Source: an uncultured Alphaproteobacteria bacterium (GTDB lineage Bacteria > Pseudomonadota > Alphaproteobacteria > 43-37 > CAWALT01). Taken from it: DNA of 64,000 nucleotides. Under the pieces are notes generated by a model. It made no database searches and was not told where the DNA came from. It worked only from the letters and a program-made list of their open reading frames with translations. The position numbers were made by a program, and so were the translations under genes. The stretch covers positions 340,710 through 404,709 of the forward strand of contig CAWALT010000002.1 in NCBI GenBank assembly GCA_963782975.1, written 5' to 3'. Below, one piece after another: positions 30,342 through 41,322 of this stretch. Each line of letters opens with the position of its first letter. Position 1 is the stretch's first letter.

Positions 30342-30769
30342 AATCTACCCAATAAACTATTCTTCCATTAACTTTTTTACGGTATCTAACATTTACTATG
30401 TTGAAAAGGCGCAACAAGGATATTTTGGTTATCAAGCGCGTTTTTGGCCCTGTATTAAAGCTACAAGATCCCTATCATATAAATGCCCTACCTTAAAGAG
30501 GGGATAAATTAAGAGCCTAGTGAAAAAAGTTTTTTATTACAAGATATAAATGTTCCTTGGAAAATCTTTTTCTCTCTTCCTTTACTATGAGGTGAGGTGA
30601 TAATAAAACCTTAAAGAGAAGAACATCTATGCCTGTTAATGAATGAAATGGTGCCTTATTGCCCTAAAATCTCTACCTTGTTTCCCAAAAATATAGACAG
30701 TAGTTTGGGGGTATGGAGTAAGTAAGCTTAAGTTGGCGATTAAGAGATAGGGTATGGTTAAGCCGGTTG

Positions 30770-31942
30770 TTAGGAAGCGCGCGAGACTTTATTGCCCGGA
30801 TGGCGCAATATTTGTCCTTTAAGTTCAAGGTCAGTTAGAATGGGGCCAAGCTCAGAAGGGGATTTGGAGACCTCACGGGCAAGAGCGTCAATAGAAATAG
30901 GCACCTTATTAAGGAGGTCGAGGATAGGGTGGTTACCGTCTTTTATCTCCTCTTTTTGAATAGTCCCTAAGGGATTTTTTGGTTTTTGAACATGGGTCTC
31001 TGCCCATGTCTTCTCATCTGGTGAGCGCGAAAAGGGCAGTGTTATGGCTTCACCTTCCTTATGAGACGAACGATAAAAAGAGGTCCATTGGTGTGAAGTC
31101 TCTAGTGCGTCTTCAAATGATTGGAGAAGGGTGGCTCCTTGACGAATTAGGTCATTGCATCCTTCGTATCGCGGATCGCCTGGGAACCCAGGAACAGCGA
31201 AAACGTCACGTCCCTGCTCCAAGGCATAATGAGCCGTTATTAAAGATCCAGAACGTCGTGCTGCTTCCACGACAATTGTTCCATGAGCAATGCCAGAAAT
31301 GATGCGATTGCGCCGGTGGAAGTTGGTTGCTTGAGGGTCCATATTGAAGGGATACTCTGAGATGACAACACCATCTTGAGTAATGTTTCTATACAAACCC
31401 TCATTCGATTTAGGATAAACGATATTAATGCCTGAAGCGACGACGGCTAAGGTGCCGCTGGCGAGCGAGCCCATGTGAGCTGCCGTATCGATGCCTTTGG
31501 CCAACCCCGAGCAAATAATAAAACCGGCACGTCCTAGCTCTTTGGCTAGTTTCATAGCAAAATCCTGACCATGAAGGGAAGCATTTCGCGCCCCGACGAT
31601 AGCAAAGCATGGAGATAAAAGCAGCCCTAGCTTTCCAAGCACACTTAAGACAGGAGGAGGATCAGAAATCGTGCGAAGGAGAGGAGGATAGGCCTTATCA
31701 GTATATAAGATAAGCTCTCCCCCTATCGAGCGTAATTGCTCTATTTCATAGGAGGCTTCCTCTTTAGAAGGGATCGAAGGTGACTTTTGGCCAGCTACTT
31801 TGCTTTGGCTAAAAGTTCGAATAGCTTCCTCGATGGTTTTGCACCTTTCAAGCAATGTCCAAAAAGTTTTAGGACCAATTTTCTCGGCTCTTATTAATCT
31901 TAGCCAGTCAATGCGTTGCTTATCATTCGTTAAGATGGCCAT
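30770..31942 (-). CDS. dprA: DNA-processing protein DprA (Smf)
   Basis: IVGARNAS, SGLAKGIDTAAH, FHRRNRIISG, VEAARRSGSLITA and a C-terminal winged helix. Confidence 0.95.
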   Translation of the reverse strand: MAILTNDKQRIDWLRLIRAEKIGPKTFWTLLERCKTIEEAIRTFSQSKVAGQKSPSIPSKEEASYEIEQLRSIGGELILYTDKAYPPLLRTISDPPPVLSVLGKLGLLLSPCFAIVGARNASLHGQDFAMKLAKELGRAGFIICSGLAKGIDTAAHMGSLASGTLAVVASGINIVYPKSNEGLYRNITQDGVVISEYPFNMDPQATNFHRRNRIISGIAHGTIVVEAARRSGSLITAHYALEQGRDVFAVPGFPGDPRYEGCNDLIRQGATLLQSFEDALETSHQWTSFYRSSHKEGEAITLPFSRSPDEKTWAETHVQKPKNPLGTIQKEEIKDGNHPILDLLNKVPISIDALAREVSKSPSELGPILTDLELKGQILRHPGNKVSRAS

Positions 31943-31948
31943 GCTAAC

Positions 31949-32548
31949 TTACTTTAATTTTATTCTTGGTTCACGAGAGTGCATCAACCTTACAATATTA
32001 TCCTTGTGCTTTAAAAGTACCACGAGAGAGAGGACGCTTAAAACGACCGAAGTAGGAAATTTGCCGATAAAAAGAGCCATAAAAGCAGTGGTGGTAAAAG
32101 CAAGAAGAGAAGCCAGGGAAGAAATCCTGGTGAGCGCTGCAATTAAAAGCCAGATAGCCCCTCCAATAGCGGCGATAAAAGGAGCTATAGCCGCGAAGCT
32201 TCCAAAAGCGGTGGCGACGCCTTTACCGCCCTTAAATTTTAACCAACAGGGAAACATGTGTCCGAAGATAACGCCGGCGGCGGCAAATAATGCAATTGTT
32301 TCATCGCCATTTAGATAATTTTGAGCTCCTAAGACGGCTCCTGTCCCTTTAAGGGCGTCACACACAAAGGTAAGGAAAGCAACTAACTTTCCGGCGGCTC
32401 TTAACACGTTGGTGGCTCCAACGTTGCCCGAACCAACTTTACGGATATCACCATGACCTGAAATTTTTGTAAGAATATACCCAAAAGGGATAGAGCCTAA
32501 AATATACCCAAAAATAAGGGCTCCTGCGATTGTAAAAAGGTGCATCAC
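31949..32548 (-). CDS. plsY: Glycerol-3-phosphate acyltransferase PlsY
   Basis: GSIPFG, GSGNVGATN, GHMFP...FKGGKGVAT and HKDNI motifs. Confidence 0.96.
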   Translation of the reverse strand: MMHLFTIAGALIFGYILGSIPFGYILTKISGHGDIRKVGSGNVGATNVLRAAGKLVAFLTFVCDALKGTGAVLGAQNYLNGDETIALFAAAGVIFGHMFPCWLKFKGGKGVATAFGSFAAIAPFIAAIGGAIWLLIAALTRISSLASLLAFTTTAFMALFIGKFPTSVVLSVLSLVVLLKHKDNIVRLMHSREPRIKLK

Positions 32549-32606
32549 CTAACTCTTAACCTCGTTCTCTCTAAAAGACCAGCATAAGATGAGTTAATTT
32601 TATTCG

Positions 32607-33341
32607 TCAAGAGCGTAAATTGCGGAAAGCAAAAAGAGTAATTGCCGCGGTGCTCGAGACATTTAAGGTGGGAAAATAGGGAGCGGTTGGGACTTTTAGA
32701 ATTTTATCGCACTTTTCCCGAACTAATCGACGCAGACCTTTCCCCTCGGCGCCCAATACAATGGCTGAAGCCCTGGGTTCTTCTGGCGTGAGGTGCGTCT
32801 TGATATCGCTGCCTCTTTCATCCAGCCCGTAACACCAAATGTCATGGCTTTTCAGGTAGTCAAGGGTACGCGACAGATTTGTAACATAGATAAGAGGGAC
32901 ATGCTCAATTCCACCAGAGGCTACCTTGTTTAAAATCGCTGATGTTTTAGGTGAGTGTCTTTCTTGCAAAATAATGCCTTTCACTTTAAAGGCAGCGGCA
33001 CTACGAGCAATAGCACCAATATTATGAGGATCTGTGATTTGATCTAATATAAGGAAGAGATCCTCTAGATGTACCTTATCACAGAGCGTCTCAATATCCA
33101 TTTCAGGAAGAAAAGAGCAGGATAAAGCGATGCCTTGATGGACGGTTTGAGAACCGAATCGTTGATCAAGATCCCGGCGTGAAACAACTTCTGCCTTAAG
33201 CGTGCTTTGTTGATCTTTTATAAGATCGTACATCTCTTTCGTGGTAAGCAACTGGTAGCACTTGCGTGCCCGATTATTTAACGCCGCCTGTACGGAGTGC
33301 AAACCATAAATCCATTCAAGAGGAGGTGATGTTCGTGTCAT
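32607..33341 (-). CDS. rlmB: 23S rRNA 2'-O-methyltransferase RlmB (SpoU/TrmH family)
   Basis: WIYGLHSV, HQGIA, LDQITDPHNIGAIARSA and GAEGKGLR motifs. Start moved to 33341. Confidence 0.88.
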   Translation of the reverse strand: MTRTSPPLEWIYGLHSVQAALNNRARKCYQLLTTKEMYDLIKDQQSTLKAEVVSRRDLDQRFGSQTVHQGIALSCSFLPEMDIETLCDKVHLEDLFLILDQITDPHNIGAIARSAAAFKVKGIILQERHSPKTSAILNKVASGGIEHVPLIYVTNLSRTLDYLKSHDIWCYGLDERGSDIKTHLTPEEPRASAIVLGAEGKGLRRLVREKCDKILKVPTAPYFPTLNVSSTAAITLFAFRNLRS

Positions 33342-33587
33342 GGTTCTATCTACCATTGAACGACAGAAAATGGCAATAATTTTTAGCAGGATTAAATGCC
33401 CACCTAGTAACTTTCTATATATATTCCAAGGCATTGAGCTTTCTTGCCAAGCTTTTATTTTGCCCATCTCTAACAGAAGGGAGAAAAAAATTTGATTAAC
33501 GATTGACAAAGCTAGTAAAAATGTCATACATGCCTTAAGTATAGCTTAATTCTTTTTTCAAGAAGACGGTATTGTTAGAGGAGTCAC

Positions 33588-33673
33588 GGAGGGGTGGCCG
33601 AGCGGTCAAAGGCAGCAGACTGTAAATCTGCCGACGTACGTCTACGCAGGTTCGAATCCTGCCCCCTCCACCA
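33588..33673 (+). tRNA. tRNA-Tyr (GTA)
   Basis: GGAGGGG/CCCCTCC acceptor stem, GCAGA-CTGTAAA-TCTGC anticodon arm, long variable arm, GGTTCGAATCC and encoded CCA. Confidence 0.97.
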
Positions 33674-33677
33674 CTAA

Positions 33678-33751
33678 GCGGGTGTAGCTCAATGGTAGAG
33701 CCTCAGCCTTCCAAGCTGATGGTGGGGGTTCGATTCCCCTCACCCGCTCCA
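33678..33751 (+). tRNA. tRNA-Gly (TCC)
   Basis: GCGGGTG/CACCCGC stem, TCAGC-CTTCCAA-GCTGA anticodon arm, TTCGATT loop and CCA. Confidence 0.96.
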
Positions 33752-33777
33752 AGCGAAAAAAGGGTGAGGTAAAAATT

Positions 33778-33853
33778 AGGAGCGTAGCTCAATTGGTAGA
33801 GCGCCGGTCTCCAAAACCGGAGGTTGGGGGTTCGATTCCCTTCGCTCCTGCCA
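33778..33853 (+). tRNA. tRNA-Trp (CCA)
   Basis: AGGAGCG/CGCTCCT stem, CCGGT-CTCCAAA-ACCGG anticodon arm, TTCGATT loop and CCA. Confidence 0.96.
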
Positions 33854-33917
33854 ATAAATGAGGGGCGTTAGGGGCGAGTGAGCAAGAGCAGTAGTAAAGA
33901 AGGGGCAAAACAGAAGA

Positions 33918-34115
33918 ATGGCAAAAATATCTCCTATTAAGTTCATGCGCCAAGTGCGTGAGGAGGCCCATAAAGTTACTTGGGCGACACGTAAGGAAAC
34001 AATCGTTACAACAATTATGGTTATTGTATTGGTTGCTATTGCTTCAGTTTTTTTCTTGATTGTCGATAACATTTTAGCTTTTGGTGTTAGAGCTATCCTA
34101 GGTATTGGAGTTTAG
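33918..34115 (+). CDS. secE: Preprotein translocase subunit SecE
   Basis: FMRQVREEAHKVTWATRKET plus one TM helix, between tRNA-Trp and nusG. Confidence 0.95.
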   Translation: MAKISPIKFMRQVREEAHKVTWATRKETIVTTIMVIVLVAIASVFFLIVDNILAFGVRAILGIGV

Positions 34116-34119
34116 GTAT

Positions 34120-34668
34120 ATGTCTGAAAAGACGATGAAGCCACGTTGGTATGTGGTGAATGTATATGCGGGGTCAGAAAAAAGAGTCGTAGAGGCTATT
34201 AAAGAACAGACAAAAAAGAAAGAGCTGGAAAGTAGTATCCTAGAAGTGCTCGTTCCTACCGAAGAGGTGACGGAAATCCGGCGGGGTGAAAAGGTCCGAG
34301 CTGAACGCAAATTTTTTCCTGGCTATGTTTTAGTAAAAATGATAATGACAGATGAAGCTTGGCATCTTATCCGTAGTGTTCCCAAGGTATCTGGTTTCCT
34401 GGGGGGGAAAGGAAAACCTTCTCCTATTAGCGAAGCTGATGTCCAGCGGATTATGCATCAAATCGAAGAAGGGGTAGACCGCTCGGGTGCAGCCATAGTT
34501 TTTGAAGTGGGCGAGCACGTGCGTGTTTGCGATGGTCCTTTTGTATCGTTTAGCGGGCTTGTAGAAGAAGTCGATGCGGAAAGATGTCGTTTAAAGATTT
34601 TAGTGTCTATATTAGGGCGCATGACGCCGATTGATGTGGATTTTAGCCAGGTTGAAAAAGTACAATAG
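34120..34668 (+). CDS. nusG: Transcription factor NusG
   Basis: RWYVV...GSEKRV, FFPGYVLV and KOW GEHVRVCDGPF. Start moved to ATG 34120. Confidence 0.96.
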   Translation: MSEKTMKPRWYVVNVYAGSEKRVVEAIKEQTKKKELESSILEVLVPTEEVTEIRRGEKVRAERKFFPGYVLVKMIMTDEAWHLIRSVPKVSGFLGGKGKPSPISEADVQRIMHQIEEGVDRSGAAIVFEVGEHVRVCDGPFVSFSGLVEEVDAERCRLKILVSILGRMTPIDVDFSQVEKVQ

Positions 34669-34678
34669 GTAATTTTCC

Positions 34679-34707
34679 TGTGGGAGGTTGGCCATAGCCT
34701 GACCACA
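34679..34707 (+). promoter_or_regulatory. Probable L1-binding autoregulatory hairpin in the rplK leader
   Basis: TGTGG/CCACA outer stem, GAG/TGA-containing internal loop and GGC-CATA-GCC inner stem just upstream of rplK, resembling the L1 operator architecture. Confidence 0.5.
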
Positions 34708-34740
34708 AGATCCTTGGAAAGAAAAGAAGGGATAAGTTCG

Positions 34741-35172
34741 ATGGCAAAGAAAAAGATAGTTGGTTATTTAAAATTGCAGGTTTCGGCGGGTAAAGCCAAT
34801 CCTTCGCCGCCGATTGGCCCGGCATTAGGTCAACGTGGGCTTAACATCATGGAATTTTGTAAATTGTTTAATGATCGGACAAAAGATGAAGTTCCTGGCA
34901 CTCCGTTGCCCGTAATATTAACCATTTTTGCTGATAAGACATACGCCATGGAGATTAAATCGCCGCCGGCATCTCATCATATAAAGCAAGCCGCCAAGCT
35001 AACAAAGGGTTCAAGTACGCCAGGTCGTGGTACTGTTGGTCAGGTTACCAAGCAGCAGCTTATTGAAATCGCCAAGAAGAAAATGAGCGATCTAAATGCT
35101 TACGATGTGGAGTCGGCCGTACGTATGTTAGCAGGTTCGGCAAGATCAATGGGATTGGAGGTCGTGGAGTAG
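34741..35172 (+). CDS. rplK: 50S ribosomal protein L11
   Basis: [26 protein letters not shown]. Start moved to 34741. Confidence 0.97.
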   Translation: MAKKKIVGYLKLQVSAGKANPSPPIGPALGQRGLNIMEFCKLFNDRTKDEVPGTPLPVILTIFADKTYAMEIKSPPASHHIKQAAKLTKGSSTPGRGTVGQVTKQQLIEIAKKKMSDLNAYDVESAVRMLAGSARSMGLEVVE

Positions 35173-35176
35173 TATC

Positions 35177-35869
35177 ATGGCGATTGTGGGAAAAAGACTT
35201 AAAAAGATTCGTGAACAGCTTGATCGGCAGGCTGTTTATAAGGCAAAAGAAGCTGTAGAGTTGGTAAAAAAATATGCGGTCGCTAAATTTGATGAAACCA
35301 TTGATGTGGTGGTCCGGCTTAATATTGATGCGCGCCAATCAGACCAAAACATTCGGGGCTCTGTCGCTTTACCAAATGGTATAGGTAAAGACGTTAAAGT
35401 CGCTGTTTTTGCTAAGGGCGATAAGGCAGAAAAAGCAAAGCAAGCTGGGGCAGATATCGTGGGTGCGGAAGATTTGGTAGAACGGATCCAAGGTGGTGAT
35501 ATTTCTTTTGATCGGTGTATAGCCTCGCCAGATATGATGGTTTTGGTTGGGAAGATCGGTAAAATTCTTGGCCCTAAGGGGTTAATGCCTAACCCAAAGC
35601 TTGGGACGGTGACAAATGACATTGCGGAAGCTGTGAAGGCAGTAAAGTCAGGATTGGTGGAATACCGCGCTGAAAAAGCTGGCATTGTCCATGCGGGTAT
35701 TGGGAAGGCGAGTTTTGCTTCGCAAGCTCTGGAAGAGAATTTAGTTGCTTTTATGAAACAGATCGTAGAAGCACGTCCAAGTTCAGTGAAAGGAGTTTTT
35801 CTGCGCAAAATTGCGATCAGCTCGACAATGGGGCCTTCGTTTACGATTGATCCAGCGAGCTTTTATTAA
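35177..35869 (+). CDS. rplA: 50S ribosomal protein L1
   Basis: [23 protein letters not shown] and SSTMGP. Confidence 0.97.
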   Translation: MAIVGKRLKKIREQLDRQAVYKAKEAVELVKKYAVAKFDETIDVVVRLNIDARQSDQNIRGSVALPNGIGKDVKVAVFAKGDKAEKAKQAGADIVGAEDLVERIQGGDISFDRCIASPDMMVLVGKIGKILGPKGLMPNPKLGTVTNDIAEAVKAVKSGLVEYRAEKAGIVHAGIGKASFASQALEENLVAFMKQIVEARPSSVKGVFLRKIAISSTMGPSFTIDPASFY

Positions 35870-35939
35870 CAATAGGTGAAATATACTTGCGATGGAGAGG
35901 GAAGTATAGTAACCTCTGTGCTTTAGATGTGACATTCGT

Positions 35940-36000
35940 TTAAGTCTGTGACTGTAGGTGGGTAACCTTAATGTTATGTACGCCTATATAGACGAGGTAA
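35940..36000 (+). ncRNA. L10 leader (ribosomal protein leader, core region; ends approximate)
   Basis: GACTGTAGG...CCTTAA...CCTATATAGA pattern in the 212-bp rplA-rplJ spacer matches the L10-leader consensus (AGACNGYAGG..TTAA..CCTRCGYAGA). Confidence 0.7.
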
Positions 36001-36081
36001 TAAATTAAAGTCTCTCCTGTTACAGCTTAAGTGTCATTGACAGAAAATGTCGTAAGTGAAGCTTAAGGGTGGAGATAACAC

Positions 36082-36603
36082 GTGAATAGACAACAAAAAA
36101 CAGAATTTATCAATAATCTCAAAGATTCCCTTAAAAATGCGGGTGTTGTAATACTTATGCACCAAAAGGGATTAACGGTAGCTGAATCAAGCAAGTTGCG
36201 GGTGGAGCTACGTGAGAAAGACGCTCAATATAAGGTGATTAAAAATACCTTGGCGCGCCTTGCTGTTAAGGATACGCCTTATGAGCATTTGCAGGATAAA
36301 TTTACGGGTCCTATTTCGTTAGCTTTTTCTCAAGATCCTATCGCAGCTGCTAAGGTTGCTGTTAAGTTTATTGGCAGCATCAGTGATGGGAAGCTTAAGG
36401 TTGTTGCCGGGGGCATGAGTGAAAAGCCTCTAACGGAAAAGGAAGTATCCGCCTTAGCGGTTCTTCCGTCTCTTGACGAGTTGCGTGGTAAGCTTCTTGG
36501 GGTTCTTGTGGCTCCTGCGACGAAGATTGCTCGTTTAACGAAAGAGCCGGGCGCTCAAATCGCACGTGTTATTCATGCATACGCGACGAAAAACAATTCA
36601 TAA
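36082..36603 (+). CDS. rplJ: 50S ribosomal protein L10
   Basis: GTG start, GLTVAE..LR, KNTLARLA and LPSLDELRGKL. Confidence 0.96.
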   Translation: MNRQQKTEFINNLKDSLKNAGVVILMHQKGLTVAESSKLRVELREKDAQYKVIKNTLARLAVKDTPYEHLQDKFTGPISLAFSQDPIAAAKVAVKFIGSISDGKLKVVAGGMSEKPLTEKEVSALAVLPSLDELRGKLLGVLVAPATKIARLTKEPGAQIARVIHAYATKNNS

Positions 36604-36620
36604 AATAAAAGGAGAGTTCA

Positions 36621-37007
36621 TTGATGTCAGATAAATTAGAGAAATTAGTAGAAGAGCTTTCAGGTCTTACAATTATGGAAGCGGCAGAGCTTTCTAAGAA
36701 GCTTGAAGATAAGTGGGGCGTTTCAGCGGCGGCGCCTGTTGCTGTGGCAGCAGTTGGCGGTGGTGCGGAGGCAGGAGCTGGTGTGGAAGAAAAGACTGAA
36801 TTTACAGTCGTTCTTGCTTCTTTTGATGCGGCCAAGAAGATTAACCTCATCAAGGTTATCCGAGAAGTAACAGGCCTTGGTCTTAAAGAAGCGAAAGATC
36901 TCGTAGAAGGGGCGCCGGGTAACGTTAAGGAAAGCGTCAACAAAGAAGAAGCCCAAACCTTGAAAGCTAAAATTGAAGAGGCTGGTGGTAAGGTTGAGCT
37001 TAAGTAG
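36621..37007 (+). CDS. rplL: 50S ribosomal protein L7/L12
   Basis: [22 protein letters not shown] and EAGGKVELK. Start is TTG 36621 or ATG 36624. Confidence 0.97.
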   Translation: MMSDKLEKLVEELSGLTIMEAAELSKKLEDKWGVSAAAPVAVAAVGGGAEAGAGVEEKTEFTVVLASFDAAKKINLIKVIREVTGLGLKEAKDLVEGAPGNVKESVNKEEAQTLKAKIEEAGGKVELK

Positions 37008-37049
37008 TAGCTACTTATTTTTTAATTATATTTCTATCTTTTTGAGATT

Positions 37050-37087
37050 AGGGGATGATGCTGAGCACTCCCCTTGTCTTTGTTTTT
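37050..37087 (+). terminator. Putative attenuator or terminator between rplL and rpoB
   Basis: AGGGGATG-N8-CACTCCCCT hairpin with one bulge, followed by TGTCTTTGTTTTT. Confidence 0.55.
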
Positions 37088-37115
37088 AGATTTTTTAAAT
37101 GCATTTAAGCGAGTG

Positions 37116-40100
37116 ATGGCAGCAATGGATAAGACTTTTACAGAGCGAAAGCGCATAAGAAATTATTTTGGGCGAATCGGTGAAGCTGTAACAATGCCAA
37201 ATTTAATCGAGTTACAGGTTAAGTCTTACCTTGCCTTTCTACAAAATGATGTGCTTCCGAGCAAGAGGGAGGATATTGGGTTACAAGCTATCTTTAAGTC
37301 AGTTTTTCCCATTGAAGATTTTTCTGGAAAAGCACAATTGGAATTCTTTCAATATGATTTTGATCACCCTAAATATGATATTGAGGAGTGTCGCCAACGT
37401 GGTATGACCTATGCTTCTCCTTTAAAGGTCGTTTTCCGTCTTATTGTGTGGGATCTTGATGAGGACACGGGTTCTAAGTCGGTACGCGATATTAAAGAGC
37501 AAGAGGTTTATATGGGTGATATGCCTCTTATGACCGACAAAGGTACCTTCATCATTAATGGAAGTGAGCGCGTGGTAGTATCACAAATGCACCGATCTCC
37601 GGGGGTATTTTTCGATCACGATCGCGGGAAAACGCACTCTTCTGGTAAGTTGCTTTATGCGGCGCGTGTTATTCCTTATCGGGGCTCTTGGTTAGATTTC
37701 GAATTTGATGGTAAGGACCTTCTATATGTCCGTATTGATCGTCGTCGGAAATTGCCTGTTACCACGTTGTTGATGGCGTTAAATGGCGATGAAGCTGAGC
37801 CGCTTAATTTCTCGCGTTCCCAGGACATTAAAATATCAGGGGGTGTGACGCGCGAGGACATCCTTTCTACCTTCTATGGGTTGGTTCCTTATAAGGCTCA
37901 TGAAAAGGGGTGGAGTATTCCTTTCGAGCCAAACCGTTGGCGAGGCAAAAGGTTGCAGAATTCTTTAGTGGATGCGCGCACCAACCAAGTGGTTGCAGAC
38001 GCTCAAACAAAGCTTACCCAACGACGCATTAAGGCGTTGGTTGAAGAAGGGGTTAAGGAAATTCTTGTTTCCCGAGAAGATATTATTGGTCATTATCTTT
38101 CAAGGGATCTTATTGATGGAACGACAGGTGAGGTTGTTGCCGAATGTGGTAATGAAATAACAGAAGCTATTTTGCAAAAAATAGAAAAATTGAAGGTAAA
38201 TGAGGTATCAACGTTAGCGATCGACCATATTAATGTTGGAGCGCACTTACGTAACACATTAATGAGTGATCGCAATAAAACGCGTGAAGAGGCGTTGTTT
38301 GATATTTATCGTGTTTTAAGGCCGGGCGAGCCGCCGACAGCAGAAGGTGCCCTTAGTCTTTTCCGGGGACTTTTCTTTGATATAGAGCGTTATGATTTAT
38401 CCTCTGTGGGTCGGGTGAAAATGAACGCGCGTCTAAATATTGATGTCGATGATTCGGTACGGACCTTGCGAAAAGAGGACATCATAGAAATTGTTCGTTA
38501 TTTACTTGAATTAAAAGATGGGCGCGGCGAGGTAGACGATATCGATAACCTGGCGAATCGACGCGTGCGTCCTGTAGGCGAGTTGCTAGAAAATCAATAT
38601 CGTTTAGGTCTCCTTAGGATGGAGCGCTCTATTCGGGAACGTATGGGGGCAGTGGAGATCGATACGGTTATGCCTCATGATTTAATTAATGCGAAACCGG
38701 CATCCACCGCTATAAAAGAATTTTTTACTTCTTCTCAGTTGTCGCAATTTATGGATCAGTATAATCCGCTTTCAGAAATTACCCATAAGCGTCGTTTATC
38801 TGCTTTAGGTCCTGGAGGGTTGACTCGTGAAAGAGCAGGGTTTGAAGTAAGAGATGTGCATCCAACTCATTACGGTCGTATTTGTCCTATTGAAACGCCA
38901 GAAGGGCCGAATATTGGCCTCATTAACTCCTTGGCTACATATGCGCGTGTTAATAAGTATGGTTTTATCGAGACGCCCTATCGTAAAGTTTATAAAGGGA
39001 AAGTTTCAGATGAGGTGATTTATGTGACGGCCATGGAGGAAGGGCGTTATACTATTGCGCAAGCAAATGCCAAGGTAAATGAAAAGGGTGAGTTGACTGA
39101 AGAGTATATGCCTTGCCGTTGTAAAGGGGAGCTTGTGCTTGCTCATGTTAATGATATTGACTTAATAGATGTATCTCCTAAGCAAATTGTCTCTGTTGCC
39201 GCTTCTCTCATTCCTTTTTTGGAAAATGATGATGCGAACCGAGCGCTTATGGGGTCCAACATGCAAAGGCAAGCTGTGCCATTGATTAAGGTTGATGCGC
39301 CGCTTGTTGGGACAGGAATGGAAGGTCCTGTAGCACGTGATTCAGGTGTGGTCATCGTGGCAAAGCGCGATGGGATCGTTGATCAGGTTGATGCTAAAAG
39401 GATTGTTATCCGTGCGACAAATCGTGCCTCCGATAGTTCATCTGGTGTCGATATTTATAATTTGTTGAAATTTCAACGTTCGAATCAAAATACCTGTATT
39501 AATCAGATTCCTCTTGTATCTGTCGGGGATAAAATTAGAGCTGGCGATATTATTGCTGATGGCCCTTGTACCGATAAAGGCGAGCTTGCGCTTGGTCGCA
39601 ACGTTCTGGTGGCTTTCATGGCATGGCAGGGATACAATTATGAAGATTCTATCATTATCTCGGAGCGGGTAGTGCGTGATGATACTTTTACGTCCGTTCA
39701 TATTGAGAGATTTGATGTTATGGCTCGGGATACGAAGCTCGGTAATGAAGAAATTACTCGAGATGTTCCCAACGTAGGGGAGGAAGCACTTCGTCACCTT
39801 GATGAAGCGGGTATTGCGTATATTGGCGCTGAGGTTAAGCCGGGTGACATCTTGGTTGGAAAGGTAACTCCGAAAGGGGAGTCGCCTATGACGCCTGAAG
39901 AAAAATTATTACGAGCTATTTTTGGTGAAAAAGCTGCGGATGTGCGAGATACTTCTCTCCGTGTTCCAGCAGGTGTTTCTGGCGTTGTGGTTGATGCGCA
40001 AGTATATACAAGGCGCGGGGTGGAGAAAGACGAGCGTTCCTTAGCCATTGAACGGATAGAAATTGAGAAGCTCGCCAAAGATCGTGATGATGAGCGTCGT

Positions 40101-41279
40101 ATTCTCGAAGATGATTATTATAGTCGTCTTAGGGAAAGACTTGTTGGTCAAAAAGTTGTCTCAGGGCCCAGGGGTGCCAAATGGCTTTCAAAGGGAGCTA
40201 CTATTGATGGGGCTAGCCTCGAAGGGCTGACGAGAGGGCAATGGAGGCAAATTGTCGTAGAAGACGAATTGACAATGAAAGAGCTTGAGAGGCTTGGTGC
40301 CCAAATCGATCATGATATCAGCAACTTACAAGAACATTTTGAGCAAAAGGTGGCGAAGCTTCGTCGAGGTGATGAGTTGCCGCCAGGCGTTTTGAAAATG
40401 GTAAAAATTTATGTGGCTGTTAAACGTAAACTGCAGCCGGGTGATAAGATGGCTGGTCGTCATGGAAATAAAGGCGTTGTGTCCATTATTGTCCCAGAGG
40501 AAGATATGCCTCATCTTGAAGATGGTACGCCAGTTGATTTTATCTTAAATCCTCTTGGGGTGCCGTCCCGAATGAATGTGGGGCAAATCTTGGAGACGCA
40601 TCTAGGTTGGGCAGCTAATGGCCTTGGGCGACGTATTGACGAGGCGCTTGCGCGTTACAAGCTCGGCGAGATCCCGGCGGAGGAACTTAGAAAAGTCGTC
40701 TTACATTCTTATATGAATAAGGGAGACCAGCAATACATCAGTAAGATGTCTGACGCAGAGATTGAAGAGTTAAGCCACAATATTCGCAAGGGTGTTCCTA
40801 TGGCGACGCCTGTTTTTGATGGTGCGAGCGAAGAAGAGATTGCCGACGCGCTCAAGGCAGCTCAGTTAGATGCGTCTGGGCAAGTGATGCTCGTGGATGG
40901 GCGTACTGGCGAGCCTTTTGACCGCAAAGTCACCGTTGGTTACATTTACATGTTGAAGCTTCATCATTTGGTTGATGATAAGATCCATGCGCGTTCTGTG
41001 GGGCCTTATAGCTTAGTTACCCAACAACCTTTAGGGGGTAAGGCGCAATTTGGTGGCCAGCGTTTTGGAGAAATGGAAGTATGGGCTCTCCAGGCCTATG
41101 GTGCGGCTCACACCTTGCAGGAAATGTTGACCGTTAAGTCGGATGATGTAGCTGGGCGTACGAAAGTATATGAAGCAATCGTTCGTGGCGATAATGATCT
41201 TGAAGTGGGTATCCCTGAATCCTTTAACGTCTTAATGAAAGAGTTAAGGTCGTTAGGATTAAATGTGGAATTGATATAA
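37116..41279 (+). CDS. rpoB: RNA polymerase beta subunit
   Basis: [21 protein letters not shown] and [13 protein letters not shown]. The likely start is 37116 or 37125, not 37074. Confidence 0.98.
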   Translation: MAAMDKTFTERKRIRNYFGRIGEAVTMPNLIELQVKSYLAFLQNDVLPSKREDIGLQAIFKSVFPIEDFSGKAQLEFFQYDFDHPKYDIEECRQRGMTYASPLKVVFRLIVWDLDEDTGSKSVRDIKEQEVYMGDMPLMTDKGTFIINGSERVVVSQMHRSPGVFFDHDRGKTHSSGKLLYAARVIPYRGSWLDFEFDGKDLLYVRIDRRRKLPVTTLLMALNGDEAEPLNFSRSQDIKISGGVTREDILSTFYGLVPYKAHEKGWSIPFEPNRWRGKRLQNSLVDARTNQVVADAQTKLTQRRIKALVEEGVKEILVSREDIIGHYLSRDLIDGTTGEVVAECGNEITEAILQKIEKLKVNEVSTLAIDHINVGAHLRNTLMSDRNKTREEALFDIYRVLRPGEPPTAEGALSLFRGLFFDIERYDLSSVGRVKMNARLNIDVDDSVRTLRKEDIIEIVRYLLELKDGRGEVDDIDNLANRRVRPVGELLENQYRLGLLRMERSIRERMGAVEIDTVMPHDLINAKPASTAIKEFFTSSQLSQFMDQYNPLSEITHKRRLSALGPGGLTRERAGFEVRDVHPTHYGRICPIETPEGPNIGLINSLATYARVNKYGFIETPYRKVYKGKVSDEVIYVTAMEEGRYTIAQANAKVNEKGELTEEYMPCRCKGELVLAHVNDIDLIDVSPKQIVSVAASLIPFLENDDANRALMGSNMQRQAVPLIKVDAPLVGTGMEGPVARDSGVVIVAKRDGIVDQVDAKRIVIRATNRASDSSSGVDIYNLLKFQRSNQNTCINQIPLVSVGDKIRAGDIIADGPCTDKGELALGRNVLVAFMAWQGYNYEDSIIISERVVRDDTFTSVHIERFDVMARDTKLGNEEITRDVPNVGEEALRHLDEAGIAYIGAEVKPGDILVGKVTPKGESPMTPEEKLLRAIFGEKAADVRDTSLRVPAGVSGVVVDAQVYTRRGVEKDERSLAIERIEIEKLAKDRDDERRILEDDYYSRLRERLVGQKVVSGPRGAKWLSKGATIDGASLEGLTRGQWRQIVVEDELTMKELERLGAQIDHDISNLQEHFEQKVAKLRRGDELPPGVLKMVKIYVAVKRKLQPGDKMAGRHGNKGVVSIIVPEEDMPHLEDGTPVDFILNPLGVPSRMNVGQILETHLGWAANGLGRRIDEALARYKLGEIPAEELRKVVLHSYMNKGDQQYISKMSDAEIEELSHNIRKGVPMATPVFDGASEEEIADALKAAQLDASGQVMLVDGRTGEPFDRKVTVGYIYMLKLHHLVDDKIHARSVGPYSLVTQQPLGGKAQFGGQRFGEMEVWALQAYGAAHTLQEMLTVKSDDVAGRTKVYEAIVRGDNDLEVGIPESFNVLMKELRSLGLNVELI

Positions 41280-41322
41280 ATGGGTAGTCAAGTAAAGTTG
41301 ATGCAGCAGGAGTAATAAGAGC

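Noticed and set aside
32607-33527. 306-aa version of rlmB with a 62-aa N-terminal extension
   Set aside because: The extension covers the divergent tRNA promoter region (TTGACA at 33503) and has no family similarity. ATG 33341 fits better.
33588-33853. tRNA cluster as a prophage or island integration site
   Set aside because: No integrase, no duplicated tRNA 3' end and no foreign genes flank it.
33776-34072. ORFs 33776-34072 and 33789-33971 on the minus strand
   Set aside because: They are antisense to tRNA-Trp and secE, a classic tRNA-shadow artefact.
35236-35808. 190-aa antisense ORF over rplA, and similar ORFs at 31800-32318, 41754-42209, 45063-45431 and 49155-49547
   Set aside because: These are shadow frames of conserved genes, with no SD or motifs.
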